A model generated the notes under the pieces. That model was not told the origin of the DNA. It made no database searches and saw nothing but the letters and a program-made list of their open reading frames with translations. From Gnetum montanum (lineage: Eukaryota; Plantae; Gnetophyta), in contig MNCI01000535.1 of assembly GCA_015680685.1 (NCBI GenBank), positions 93,844-157,843 of the forward strand: a stretch of DNA of 64,000 bases. Direction: 5' to 3'. This document shows, in pieces, positions 41,297 through 53,200 of this stretch. A program made the position numbers and the translations under genes. How positions within the stretch are numbered: position 1 is the first letter of the stretch; each line of letters begins with the position of its first letter.

Positions 41297-44200
41297 GCTT
41301 TATTCTTGGTCAAATGGAGAATTTACATATGAAAGGAAGCATACATTCCCAAGGATAGATAAGGGATTTAAACAAACTCTCACACACTAAAACAAAGAAA
41401 TCACACAAACAAGGATGATGATCAAGGCACCTTGCCTAGACTCTATCTCTTGTTTTACTCTTCTCTCAACTCCCTAGATTGTCTCTTGACCGAAATGAAG
41501 GTCCAAGAGGTCTATTTATATCCTTCTCCCCTATCTCTTCATCTTCCTTCCTTAAATTCAAGATTTGAATCTTTAAAAACTCATAGAAAATTATCTCATG
41601 TCCATATGAGACATCTCAGAGGAGAATGTGAAGTCTCACCTTGGTGTAGGGACACCTCTTTTGATCCCCTTGTTCTACGCTACATTCTATGTGTTTTTCT
41701 TGTTGATATTGTTTGGAGGTGTTTTTGACTTAGTTTGATGAGTTTAGGAGGTTCCAGGATGTATGGGGACTTGTTGGGAGGCATCTAGAGGCTCTCGACA
41801 TCAAAAGGAGCACTTTTATTTTTGGCACCTTTGGAAGAGACGTCTGCCTAGAAAGATAGACGTCTTCCCAAAGACATCTCCCATAAAGACTAGACATCTA
41901 CAAAAAATAGTAGACGTCTTTCCTGAAAGCAAGGATTTCATAGTAGACATCCTAGCAAAGACAGAGATGACCTAGACATATGGGAAAACTTCCAAAAACA
42001 CCATTCCAATTTAGAAAATAACCAATGAAAGATAAAAACAATTGAGGAGAAGGTGAGAAGAATTGGGAAACAGTTGGAGAACCTCAAGCTAAGTTGAGGA
42101 AAGGTTTCAAGGATTTTTACCTTGTGATTGCTTATAAATATTAATGTAATCCATAGTGCCAAGTACTGTAGTGCCAAGTGATGAAGTGGAAACAATGAAG
42201 GCCAAATATCCCAATAGAGGGTAAGAGAGAGAGCTCTTAAGGGAAGAGAGCTTGCGCAAGGAAGTTGAGTGAGAGGCAAGGAAGAGTACATGAGAGAGAT
42301 TAGGAGAATATCTTATAAGATTCTTATCCTGAGCTTGTGCTCAATTGCAAGTAATTAAGGATTAAAAGAGGACAAGTGTGTCCTCTAAGATCCTTGGGAG
42401 AGTTATGAGTTGAGCTTGGCTCCTCATCCTTGATGTATTTTGAGAATTATCTTAATATAAAGGAGTTTTTCTCTATTTTATTATGTTATTCTTATTTTCT
42501 AAGCTAGATCTGCTTGGAGTTTTGGATTGGATCCTATTGGGATATATTGAGGTGCAACCCTTGCACAACACTAGAAGATGATCGTTAATAGCTAGGATGT
42601 CTTGAAATCATGTGGGATGTCTTGACTAGGATGTATCAAGTCTAGCTAGGACATTCTAAATGTAGTTGGGATATCTCACCTACAACTGGGATGTCTCACC
42701 TTCTAGGACAAAACACAAAAATCCTCATTTTAATGCATGAAATATTTGAACATCTCCAAACAAGTCCCCATAGCCCCTAGAACCTCCTCAACTCATTAAA
42801 ATAATTCCAAAACACTACCAAACAAGCTAAAACTCTAGGAAAATATCCCATCATTTGAGAGATGTTACATTAGCTTGTTTGATGTCCACATCAACACCTT
42901 CACTTTCAAAAGAATCTTGATTTTCACACAATAGGCCTTTACACTTTGGGTAGATATTTCCCCCTCATGCAGGCCATAATTTACATGCAAGACAAAGCAC
43001 AACACACATGGAATGGTTACAAATCATAACATTTTGTCACTACCATTTAAAACATATTTCTCAAACACATATAAACATACAACATAATGTATGCATGACA
43101 CACATAAAAACACAAATACATAGATACACATATTAGCATATTTTTGTTCTTACATCCCAATGAAGAAATTCATGAAAGAAGAGTGGATATGATCTTTTCC
43201 CTCAAAGGCTATACCGTACTTCCATCTTGAGAGCACCAAATTCCATGTGTCTCTTTCATGACCTATAATAAAAGAAGAGTAAGGACATGCAAACGGATTA
43301 GGTCTTCTAAAACCAATCTCTCTTCTTCCATCCTATTTTCTCTTCTTTACCTTCTTCTTCTTGGTGTTTGGAAGGCTACAACTTAGCTTTCTTTCACCAT
43401 TAGCATCACAAGGTGGATTGCCTTCATGCTGCGCATCCATTTCATATCCAAGACAATCAAGGTCATCAGTGCAATAAGAGATGCTTGAAAGTGCATTTTA
43501 TCATTGATCTTTCCTTCATCAAACCTTTCATCTTCTTCCTTTCCTGGAAGGAATGAAGATATTCTCTCAATTATTCTTAAAATATCTTTCAAGTTAGTCT
43601 TTAATTCCTCCATATCTCTTGACAAATACTGAACTATCTTCTTCTTTGTAGACATAATGGAAAATAACCTAAAAGGTAATTCTCACAAAATTCTATAAGG
43701 AAAAGTGAATTTTTTAAGATTTCTCAAAGAATGAGCTAAGAAATACTCAAATCTTAAGAGAAATGAGCAGAAGATCTTGAAGCGCTAGCGAGTATAAGCT
43801 AGTGGGTATACAATTCCATAATTATCTTCTAATTCTTGAAAGGTATGACAAACTTAGGAATTAAAGGGAAGTTTTCAAACCCTAGGATGAGTTCAACAAG
43901 TAGAAATAGAGAATGCATCCAAGCTTGAGAATTTCAAGTGATTCTTTGCAATTGAGATGAGAATTTTCCACTTAAATGATGTTGCCTTCAATTTCAAGCT
44001 GCTGCAATACCAATTTGATGACGAGCTCCCATGGATTCCACAATCCAAGCTCTCTCAAGTTCACAAAATAGAAAATTTGAATAAGAAAAGGAAAATGAAA
44101 GCTTTATTCTTGCTCAAATAGAGAATTTATATATGAAAGAAAGCATAAATTTCGAAAGATAGACAAGACATTTAGTTAAACTCTCACATACTCAATCAAG

Positions 44201-44663
44201 GCAATCACACACACATGAGGATGATGGTCAAGATACCTTTCCAATACTTTATCTTTGCTTTTACATTTTTCTCAACTCCCTAGACTCTCTCTTGACCTAA
44301 ATGAAGGCTCAAGAAGTCTATTTATATCCTTTCCTTTTGTCTCTTCATCTTCCATATTTAAATTTAAAATTAAGAGCTTGTAGAAAATTATCTAACGTCC
44401 ATATGGGATGCCTCCAACAAGAATGGGACATCTTACCCGAAAGTGGTTATTATGGTTGGGACATCTCACCTGTCAAGGAAAAATAAAAAGACGCTCATTT
44501 TGAGGCATGGAAACTTTGGCAACCTCCAAACAAGTCCCCATAGCCCCTGGAGCCTCTTAAACTCATCAAAATAGTCCCAAAACACTCCCAAACATGCCAA
44601 AACTCCAGGGAAAGATCACATTATTGGAAAGATGTTTCATTAGCCTATTTGATATGCACATCA
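41297..44663 (-). mobile_element. Small non-autonomous LTR retroelement (left LTR truncated and interrupted by a solo LTR; ~1.1 kb internal region lacking pol)
   Basis: Right LTR 44016-44663 (TGATG...CATCA) preceded by a degenerate PBS (minus TGGTATTGCAGC, tRNA-Met-like). Left LTR ends CACATCA at 42893; its missing start is preserved in copy B at 62310. TSD GAGTT (62305-62309) / GAGTG (44664-44668). Confidence 0.75.
41645..42570 (+). mobile_element. Solo LTR (copy A)
   Basis: TGTAGG...CAACA termini flanked by CTTGG / CTAGA; in copy B the flanks are CTTGG / CTTGA. Confidence 0.75.
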
Positions 44664-46639
44664 GAGTGCTACTCTTAGTATGCTTTCTACACATCTAATA
44701 CATATGAGAGATTGCCAAGGGGCTTTAAATATCTTGGATCCAAACAACTGAACTTACTAATATATTCTAGCTTGTTTTGAACCTCTAGAATTATGCAAGT
44801 AATAATGAGGTGGAGTTTATGACTCGCATCTGCTTGAACAACCCCATTGTCAAACATCCCTTGTGCATCCACCAATTCCCTATCCACTTCTTCACAAGGA
44901 ACCCTAAGTCTCTTCTATCATGATTCCTATAGTTCTATATCCATACTTTCTATAGATAGGTGTAAATAGAACTCTCTAAAGGGGGAGTGAAGATAAATGT
45001 TTCTGCAAGGTTATGCTTTCCCTTTACCAATGGAACATCTACCTAGAACACTAGGGAAGGGGGATCTAGAGGGAGGGAGGGGAGGAAGGAGGAAAGATGA
45101 GTTATGTTGGATCTTGTATGTTGTCATCTCTTATCTAGATGTAGCTTGTTGCGATGAGATGAAGACTTACTATGGTTGTTTAAGTGATGGCGAGGCCAAA
45201 ACTTACTGTGACTACTCAAGTGGTTTGACAGTAATCCTAAGGGTCAGATTTGGATTTCTTGTTTCACATCCTGAAGCGAATTTCTATAAATCCCCCTCTC
45301 TCTCATCACATACTATTGGTTATATTGCTTCAATTACATCTAGGCATTAATGACCAATGTAGTCTTGCTTAAGGCCATGACAACGCTCGTTTGGAAAATT
45401 CTCATAGATTATTTTCTATTATATGATTTTGTGTGAGCTTTCAAGCAAGGTTTTCTTCCATCCAAAGACATAGAAACTTAGATTTTTGCATCAACAAGAC
45501 ATGATTTGGAGGTCGTGGTATTTTCCATAGCAATCATCTCTTCAAATAATTTGTTGATGCAAAGGAATGCTTCCTTATCCCATATATCTACATGAGAAAA
45601 AACCAACTAAAGTATGAGAATATCTTTGAGTTTGCCATTGCTAGATCTACTTGGGGATCATAATTTGCACTTGATTATCACCTTCCTCAATGACAAGGTT
45701 TCTCCCCACATTGAGAGTGATACCTTCTTCCAAGAATTCCTTTGCATGTTACATGCAAGCACCACCCTTGAAACCAGATGAGCCAATGAGAGTTTCAAGG
45801 TATTAGTAAGCTTAGAGTTACTGATCATAAAGAACATGAATCATGTCTAGACACACACCTAGCCATTTGTATTTTCCTTATTAAATCACTAAGTTCAAAT
45901 GCCTCCTAACTACCTAGCCTCTGATAATGTGTTGTAGTGATCCCCTTCATCATATCCTAGGCCTTCCTGCCTCTTGTCTACTTTGAACTCACTTGAAACC
46001 TACTACTTTCAAAAGCTTCCATCATCTTTCTTGCCCTTTAATTTATGCAGCTTTTCTATTTAATTTCTCTTGCATTCTCCTCACATTTTATGCATTTTTT
46101 CTTTCTATTAATTATGTAGCACTTTTCTTATTTGATTAGCTCTAAATTGTGATGGTGGTTGAAGCGGGATTGTTGAAACCAGAAAATAGATGATTGAACA
46201 GAGAACGTTGCTTAACCTTTATAACTTAGCACCCATTGCACATTAGAATTATACCCAAAACTTAATGTTTATGGGAATGAAGTTAACCTCTATATATATA
46301 TTGGTGATATGAGACTATGGTCCAACTTCTACCCACCACTTAGTGGGTCGAAATAACAACGAACATAGTTGAAAGCTTCCAACAGTAAAATTTTGGATCT
46401 CTTGGAAAAAAGATTGCACACAAAGTTGCCTAAACCTTTTGCTATCTCCTATGACTTTACTCATAGAATATCTTACCTGCTGCTTTGCTTAGCTTCTATG
46501 CTCACTACTTTACTAGTTTCATTTGATAGCCTTTTCTATATTGCTTTTACAACATATTAGTTTATGCTTCTTTTCTTCTAAGCTAGTTCTATTTCACAAC
46601 TAGTTTATTTATTTCTATTATGATTATTAGCCAAATTTT

Positions 46640-47340
46640 ATGCATAAATAAATAAAATGAAAAAGAGAATGAAAACCATGCCAATTTCATCAAAGATGAA
46701 AAGAATGAGCATATGATGAATAAAATGCAAACAATGGCAGACAAAGGTGAACAACCCTAAGTTGGCAAAGATCAAAATTAAATAAACCAAGATGAAAAAT
46801 GAATGGCCCAATAATGAAAAGAAAATAATAAAAAAAATAAGTAAAAATAAAATAGAAAACACAGATAGAGATGAAGAAGAACAATAATGAAATGTAAAGG
46901 AAAATAAAGACAACAAAATAAAATGACAAAGAGGAATATAAATTCCCTGCATAGAAACCATGAAGATAAATAAATATAATAAAATGGTGACATAGATGAA
47001 TGTGCATGGAAACCATACGAATTTCATTCACAGAGGAATATGAAAATAAAAACAATGGCAAAGAAAAGAGGCATAGGCAAAAATAAACAAATAAAGAAGA
47101 AAAAATGGCAAAGAGGAAACAGTGATGAAGAAGAAAAATAATGAAATAAAAATGAAGACAAAAAAGTAAAATAGAAAAGAGGTAGACTAATTTGCTGCAT
47201 GGAGATAATGAATAAAAATAAATCAAATAAGATAGTAAAAATTGCATACAAATTCGCTACATAGAAAAGATAAGGAAAAATAAATAAACCAAATGCAAGC
47301 ATCGAATAAACATGTATTAAAGCTACCAATAACATGATCT
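46640..47340. repeat. A/purine-rich low-complexity tract
   Basis: AAAT/GAA-rich sequence; source of several spurious Phe/Leu/Ile-rich minus-strand ORFs. Confidence 0.7.
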
Positions 47341-48830
47341 AACGAAAACATCTAAAACATGAAATATCACAAGCTTAAATATACAATTTATTTTTAACAT
47401 CCATCCAATATGAAACATCCATAATCTTAAATAACATATATTCTAATACAATGCATTACCAACAATGAAAATAATCATATTTAGCATTTAACAAACCATC
47501 GTATCATCTAATTCTTAGCAGCAAGAAATAAGCCTACTATAGCACAGCAAGTACATAAAGGTCCATAGTACACGCATCATGAATCATGACAAAAGTCATA
47601 AATGAAAGCATAGATCTGAAGCATGATAGAAAATAGTCTATGCATAGGGTGCACCAACTACACTAGGAATATCAAGACCTGAAATAAGAAGAGGAGTTAG
47701 TATAAAACTAAGTGAGATCCCTTGGCATCTTACCCACAATTATGAATTTCAAGGGTCTTGTTTCAGAGTTTTTTCTTTCACTAGCTTGTTGCAAAATGTT
47801 TTTCTTTTAGAAACTTTTCTTTTTTACACCTTATTTAATTCCTTGGCACCCTACATCTATTCAACTATATTTCTATTACCAAGTTTCTATTTAAGTAATT
47901 TTATCTCATTTTTGCTCACATTCAAGATATTTCTAGGTTGCGACAACGCTAGCATGTTGATGAATATATATTTCTCGATTTTATTGTTATTAGGTTGTAG
48001 GTAATTTTGATTTTTAACACTATTTTCCTTTCATACGATATGTAGATAGCTACAAATAGATTCTCATGAATATGATAATCTTACATACATGGATGAAAAA
48101 GACTCTATTTTGCACTTGTAGGGAATGAATGAGTTTGTTATTGGAATGTATTAGCAAGTGTGCTATGCTTAAATCTCTTTAGCTACAGTATTCTTACGGT
48201 TTTTATATCTATCAATTTGGGCCTATTTGTTGATTGTTGTCCATCTTCTATGTTAATCTTATAGAAATATGAGTTTGTTTAGCCATTATGTTCCATAGAA
48301 AGTTCTAACATTTTGAGATAGCTTGTTTCCTTTTTTATTTTAAAAAATGTAGCACAATGTGACTTGCCATGTGAACTACAATAGTAGATTATAAGGTTTC
48401 CAAGAAGGGAACAATATTTGGTCTTTTTGGCAAGGATGTTGCAACAACTTTTGAATTAACTCCATGTATGTGTAGTACAAGGCTGGAATATCTACACCTC
48501 TTTAACTCCAAACTTTGACATATGTACAACTCCAAATTATTCATTATTGCTTTCAATATTAATTAATTTGCGTACGTTAATTACCAAATATCAAAGAAAA
48601 ATAGGGACATGAGTAAGGGTTGAACTTTTGTGACTGAAACTTCTGACACACTCATAGCATTTTTTCAAAAAATTTGAATGATTTAATACAAACATAGTTG
48701 CTACTTTAGCACATATTAATTCTTATTTTTGATAATAAGTTTGGAATATACTAATCTAAATTTTTTTTTGAGAGAATGTTCAGGTTTGTATTACTAAAAG
48801 TTATGGTACACAAGTAAACAATTACAATGG

Positions 48831-48874
48831 NNNNNNNNNNNNNNNNNNNNNNNNNNNNNNNNNNNNNNNNNNNN
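48831..48874. other. Assembly gap hiding the LINE 3' end
   Basis: 44 N. Confidence 0.99.
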
Positions 48875-48921
48875 GGCAGAAGGCGACAGGCACACCGAGG
48901 CCGTTCCAGCTCATGAAGCAG

Positions 48922-49119
48922 GTCCAGTGTGGCGCGATGTTCCTCGGTGTCCATGAAGTTCGCGACTTGTTGGATGCCCTGCATAGTAGCCTCCCTCCTG
49001 CTTCGGTCAGTCGACGAGTCCCCTGCATCAGGGTGGAATCTAGCGGACGTGCGTCTGATGTGTCGTCTGAGCTCCCCCTAGGAGCTCTCACAACTAATGC
49101 CCAAAATGCTATATGGGCA
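48922..49119 (-). pseudogene. DnaJ/Hsp40 J-domain at the end of the LINE coding region
   Basis: Manual translation: CPYSILGISCESS*GELRRHIRRTSARFHPDAGDSSTDRSRREATMQGIQQVANFMDTEEHRATLD. HPD at 49035-49027; single TAG (likely from CAG) at 49080-49078. Confidence 0.8.
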
Positions 49120-49134
49120 ACGCCCCCCCCCCCC

Positions 49135-49490
49135 TGAGCCACTGATGGGCACTGTGTACATGTGCCTGGTCAAGTTGTCGTTGTCATTGCTCCTCCTCCT
49201 CCCTCAGGCGCTCCTGCTCCTTCCGGGCCACCGCCTCCTGGGCTTGACGAGCCGCCTCTTACTGGCGCAGCTCCTCCCTGATTCGGTCCTGGAGCTCATC
49301 AATGAGCTGGGCCCACGAGGTCTCCATCATGAGCGTGTGCTGCTGGCTCAGCTGTTGTGCCTATTCATGAAGCTGGGCATCGTGATCGGCGCGCCACTGA
49401 GCCAGGGTCTCGGTCCACTTTGCCTCCGAAATATGTCGCTCGGCCTCCCGAGCAGCAGCAACCACCTATTGCATTTTCACCTCCCAATTT
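49135..49490 (-). pseudogene. Coiled-coil segment of the LINE extension
   Basis: NWEVKMQ*VVAAAREAERHISEAKWTETLAQWRADHDAQLHE*AQQLSQQHTLMMETSWAQLIDELQDRIREELRQ*EAARQAQEAVARKEQERLREEEEQ*QRQLDQAH; every stop is one C>T away from Gln or Arg. Confidence 0.75.
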
Positions 49491-49679
49491 GGGGGGGCGC
49501 TGGGGGGGTTAGGCGAGGGGGGGGGGGGTTTTTGACGAGAGCGGCTTCCCCGGGTGAGATTCAAAGTGGTCTACCGCTGTTGAGTGGCCGGGGCGAGGGA
49601 AATCGGGGTGGTGGGGGGGCATCAGTGAGGCGACCCCCAGGGGGGGCAGAGGATGGGCCAGGAGCCCCCTGCCCCTTCG

Positions 49680-50229
49680 CCCCCCTCCACAAAGCCAAAA
49701 TTAACCCTGAGTGGTGCCCATGCCGTTTATGGCAGAGGGCCTCAAGGAAGAACTGTGGCAGGTTAACCTGGGTGCCATCCTTCAAGCACCTCAAGAAGGT
49801 GAAATGCAACCCCTGGAGCTTGGACACGTTGCCCGACTGGACGAAAAAACGTTCCACCAAGGCAGCCGCGCAAGCCTAGAGGCGCGGGAGGGAAGACCAA
49901 GGGACTTGGCAGCTCTGCATTCTCAGGGTTAACCCCTCGAAAAAGGTTGCAGAGTTTTGGAGGCCGCGGGACGTCGGCAGGATGACCTCACCAGTGGTCG
50001 GGACTCCCAAATAGCTGGCCAGGGCGGCTTCCGTGAGCCGAATTGCACGGCCACGAAAGAAATTTTGATCACCGTGCCAGTTAGTAAAGAACGTGTTGTC
50101 AGGAAGGTCAGGGTCCCCGACCAGCCTCTGCAGCAGGTCGGCCCAGCCGCACTGGCAGACCATCTTCCAGAATTCTGCGTCATCCTGGTAGACGACGCAG
50201 TTAGGTTCATACGTCGGCGTCGTTCCCAT
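49680..50229 (-). pseudogene. 'Putative plant transposon protein' (PF20167/Athila-ORF1-like) domain in the LINE extension
   Basis: FWKMVCQCGWADLL..TFFTNW..FRGRAIRLTEAALASYLGVPTTGE..LPRL*ACAAALVERFFVQSGNVSKLQGLHFTFLRCLKDGTQVNLPQFFLEAL..HSGLILALW. Track ORFs 49876..50343 and 49561..49860 are the same frame, split by one TAG. Confidence 0.65.
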
Positions 50230-53200
50230 GGTGTCCGCAAGCTTGTGCCACGCTCTGCAGGTCTGCAGGATAAGTCGCTTGGGGGGGGGGGGGTTGTTGC
50301 CTGCGCAAGGACCGTGCAATTCCGCACCTTCCAGGCGTGCCATAACGGCAACGCCGACCAGGAGTCACCATTAAATCGTCGCGGGGGGCATCCTGCACGC
50401 GTACCAAGTGGCGATCATGCAAGGGTAGTCGTAAATGAAGTGGGTGAGCGTTTCGGAGCTAGTTCCGCAGCGCGAACACGTGGTGTCATGTGTGATGTCA
50501 CGTTGCTATAGTACGGCGCGTACGGGGAGCGCCGCAGACTTTATCTGCCAGAGGAACATTTTGACTTTCTCGGGAAGTTGCCCACGCCAGATCTCCTGCC
50601 AGCCGTCCTCCGGGGAAAATTTTTACGTCAGGATGGCCCGCGGCTTGAGGTGGATCCAGCCTAGGCACACCATCTCCCGCACTTGCCGACAGATGGTCTG
50701 CCAAGGGCGCGAAGCGTGCAGTCCAGGCTGCCAAGGCGTGTATTTCCGGCAGGCGATGCAGGCCCACTAGCTGCGCTCCCCCATCGCACGTGTCAGTCGG
50801 TGGACGAGCCGTTGTTATCCCATCGTGCATTCATCTTCGAAAGTTGTGACCCCCAAGCCCCCCACCTGACAAGGACGGGCGACGCGGTGCCAGTTTACAA
50901 GGTGAAGCTTGCTCCCCCCTTTGCCCCCCCACCAAATGAAGCCATGGATCATGGCATTGATTTGGTGAATTATGGCCGAGGGGGGCACGGCGACCGCCGC
51001 CACAAAGTGTGCAGTGGCCGCGAGGATCCCGGTAGCCACGAGGAGGTGGCCCTTGCGGGTAAGAAAACGATTTGCCCAGTGGTATATGCGCTTCTCGAGT
51101 TTGGCCAGGAGGGGAGTCCAAGTATTGTTCCGTCCCCATTGGAGCAGCGGGATACCAAGGTAGGTATCGATGAGTTTGCCAGATTGAATGTTCAGGATTT
51201 GTGTAACCCAGTGCTGCACCTGCGGGTCCACATTGATGAAGTACGCCGCCGACTTTGTGCGGTTGATTTCCAATCCTAATTCGACGGCCAATCTGGTCAG
51301 GGCCAGGTTGATACACCGTGCCTGAGGGGCCACCGCTGGGCTGAGAAGCATGGTATCGTCGGCGTAGTGTTCAACACGGTAAGCCACCCCCACAATGTCC
51401 AGGCCCTCCACCCCCGAGGTATGAGGTCCATGGCAATGATGAACAGCAAGGGGGACAGGGGGTCGCCTTGCCTCAGTCCACGACTAGGGGAGGAAAAGCC
51501 CCACAACCGCCCACCCACGTCAAAGGAGAACCTTGCGAAGGACTGGATATGCAGACATAATTGGATAAAACCAGGGTCAAAGCCTTTCTTATGCATGATG
51601 TCATGTAAGGCGTTCCAACTAAGCGTATCGTATGCCTTAGCTATGTCTAGCTTGAGACATAGACCAGGAAACCCCGTAGTACAGAGGGAATGAAGGACCT
51701 CTTGCATAAGAAGAACCTGATCCTAAAGGGTCCTACCATGAACAAAGCCCACCTGATTACGTCCAACCAACTTAGGCAAGAGGGGTCCCAGACGATTGAC
51801 CAGGAGTTTGGAGAAGACGCGAATGAGAACATTGCATACACCAATGGGACAAAAGTGCTATGGGTGGTGTGCATTCAACTATTTTGGGATGCAGATGATG
51901 CACGAGCAGTTGAGTTCGCGCTGTACCTATCGTCTGGCCAGCATGACGTTGAAAGCATCCAAAATATTGGGCCCCACAACATTCAAGAAAGCTCTGAAGA
52001 ACTCCAGTGACCAACCGTCCGGCCCAGGCGCTTTACTACCTGGCATGTTGTTGCTGGTGTTAGTCAATTCTGTCACCGAGAAGGGGGCCAGTAGAAGTTG
52101 ATTGTCCGCAGCAGTGAGCACCTTGGCCACATGGACGGAGATGGGCTGGGTGGGGTGCTTGGTCAAAATGCACCTCCAATAATGTGAGAGCTCGTTGGCA
52201 ATCCCCTATGGGTCTTCAACCACCACCCCAGCCTAAGTACAGAGGCCACGGATGTGGGTTTCACCACACGTCTTAGCCATGCCGAAGAAGAATTTCATAT
52301 GTCGGTCCCCCTCGCGGAGCCATCTAATCCGGGATCGCTGCCACCAATAGGTCTCCTCCTCGTGATCAAGACTCTGGAGTTGATGGAGAAGAAGCATCTC
52401 CTCTGAGTGCAGGTCCTCCTCAGTCTCTTGTCGCGCCTGGATGTGTCCGAGCCGCTCCTGAACCGTCTTGTGGCCAGTACAAAACAAAAACTTCTCCCCC
52501 ACCGGGAGGGCCCGGATGACCCACTTGAGCCGAAGGAGAGCATCTTTGAGGAAGCTCCGAGGGTCCATCCGACCTGGCTGGTAATCAGCTCAAATGTCCT
52601 CCACCAAAGGGAGAAGCCACGGTTTGGTCAGCCATGTGGTCTCGAACCAAAATGGGTGTGGGGCCCGGGGTTGAGGTGGGCCAATGGACACGACCAGCGA
52701 GCGGTGGTCAGAAGCAACCCGCTCCTGCCCAGTCACGTTGATGGCGGTGCCGAGGAGGAGAGTAGAGCTAACGCAAACTTGATCAATGCGGGAGAGGACA
52801 CGGTGCACCCCTTTCCACCGGTTGCTCCAGGTGAAACAACAATTCACAATGGGCAGATCAACAAGAGAAGAGCGCTCAAGGAACTCCATGAAATCTGGCA
52901 TGCCTGGAGGGGGGGGCGGCCCCCCAGATTTCTCCCAAGGGTACACACACTGGTTGAAGTCACCAACAACCACCCAGGAGCCGTGATCAGGCACCAGCAA
53001 GGCCACTCGATTCAACTCGTGAAGCCGTGATTCCCAAGCCTGCGCCCCATAGAAGTTGGTCAGCCAAAAACCATGGGCAGGAACGTGGACCGTGATGGTC
53101 CACGGGGAGGCATCCACCAGAGTGGTGGTGGGGCATGCAAGAATGGCTAGGCCTCCAGCCCGGCCCTGGCTGGGGTGTAGGTGGGTGGTCCAGCCCGTCC

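Larger units (their letters stand above)
38876..42837 (+). repeat. Segmental duplication copy A (paralog of 59521-64000)
   Basis: Continuous collinear similarity from AATCAACTTTACTTAAC to CAAACAAGCTAAAACTCTA (the window end in copy B). Confidence 0.95.

Noticed and set aside
44687-46100. Possible Copia/SIRE LTR end (AAGGGGGAGTGAAGATA at ~44980) and old retroelement coding remnants
   Set aside because: Too degenerate; I could not establish termini, a PBS, a TSD or convincing protein motifs by eye.
46638-47335. Several Phe/Leu/Ile-rich 'transmembrane' ORFs
   Set aside because: They arise in multiple frames from an A-rich low-complexity tract and show no recognisable domain.
48781-48830. Target site duplication and poly(A) tail for the LINE
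   Set aside because: No match to the 5' flank (TCACATCATACGTTTAC) is visible; the 3' terminus is inside the N gap.
48875-48900. RCAC after the J-domain as the start of a zinc finger
   Set aside because: Truncated by the gap after a few residues; cannot be evaluated.
49097-49879. 260-aa Leu-rich plus-strand ORF resembling a membrane or env-like protein
   Set aside because: It is the antisense shadow (CTC/CTG codons) of the Glu/Gln/Arg-rich coiled coil on the minus strand.
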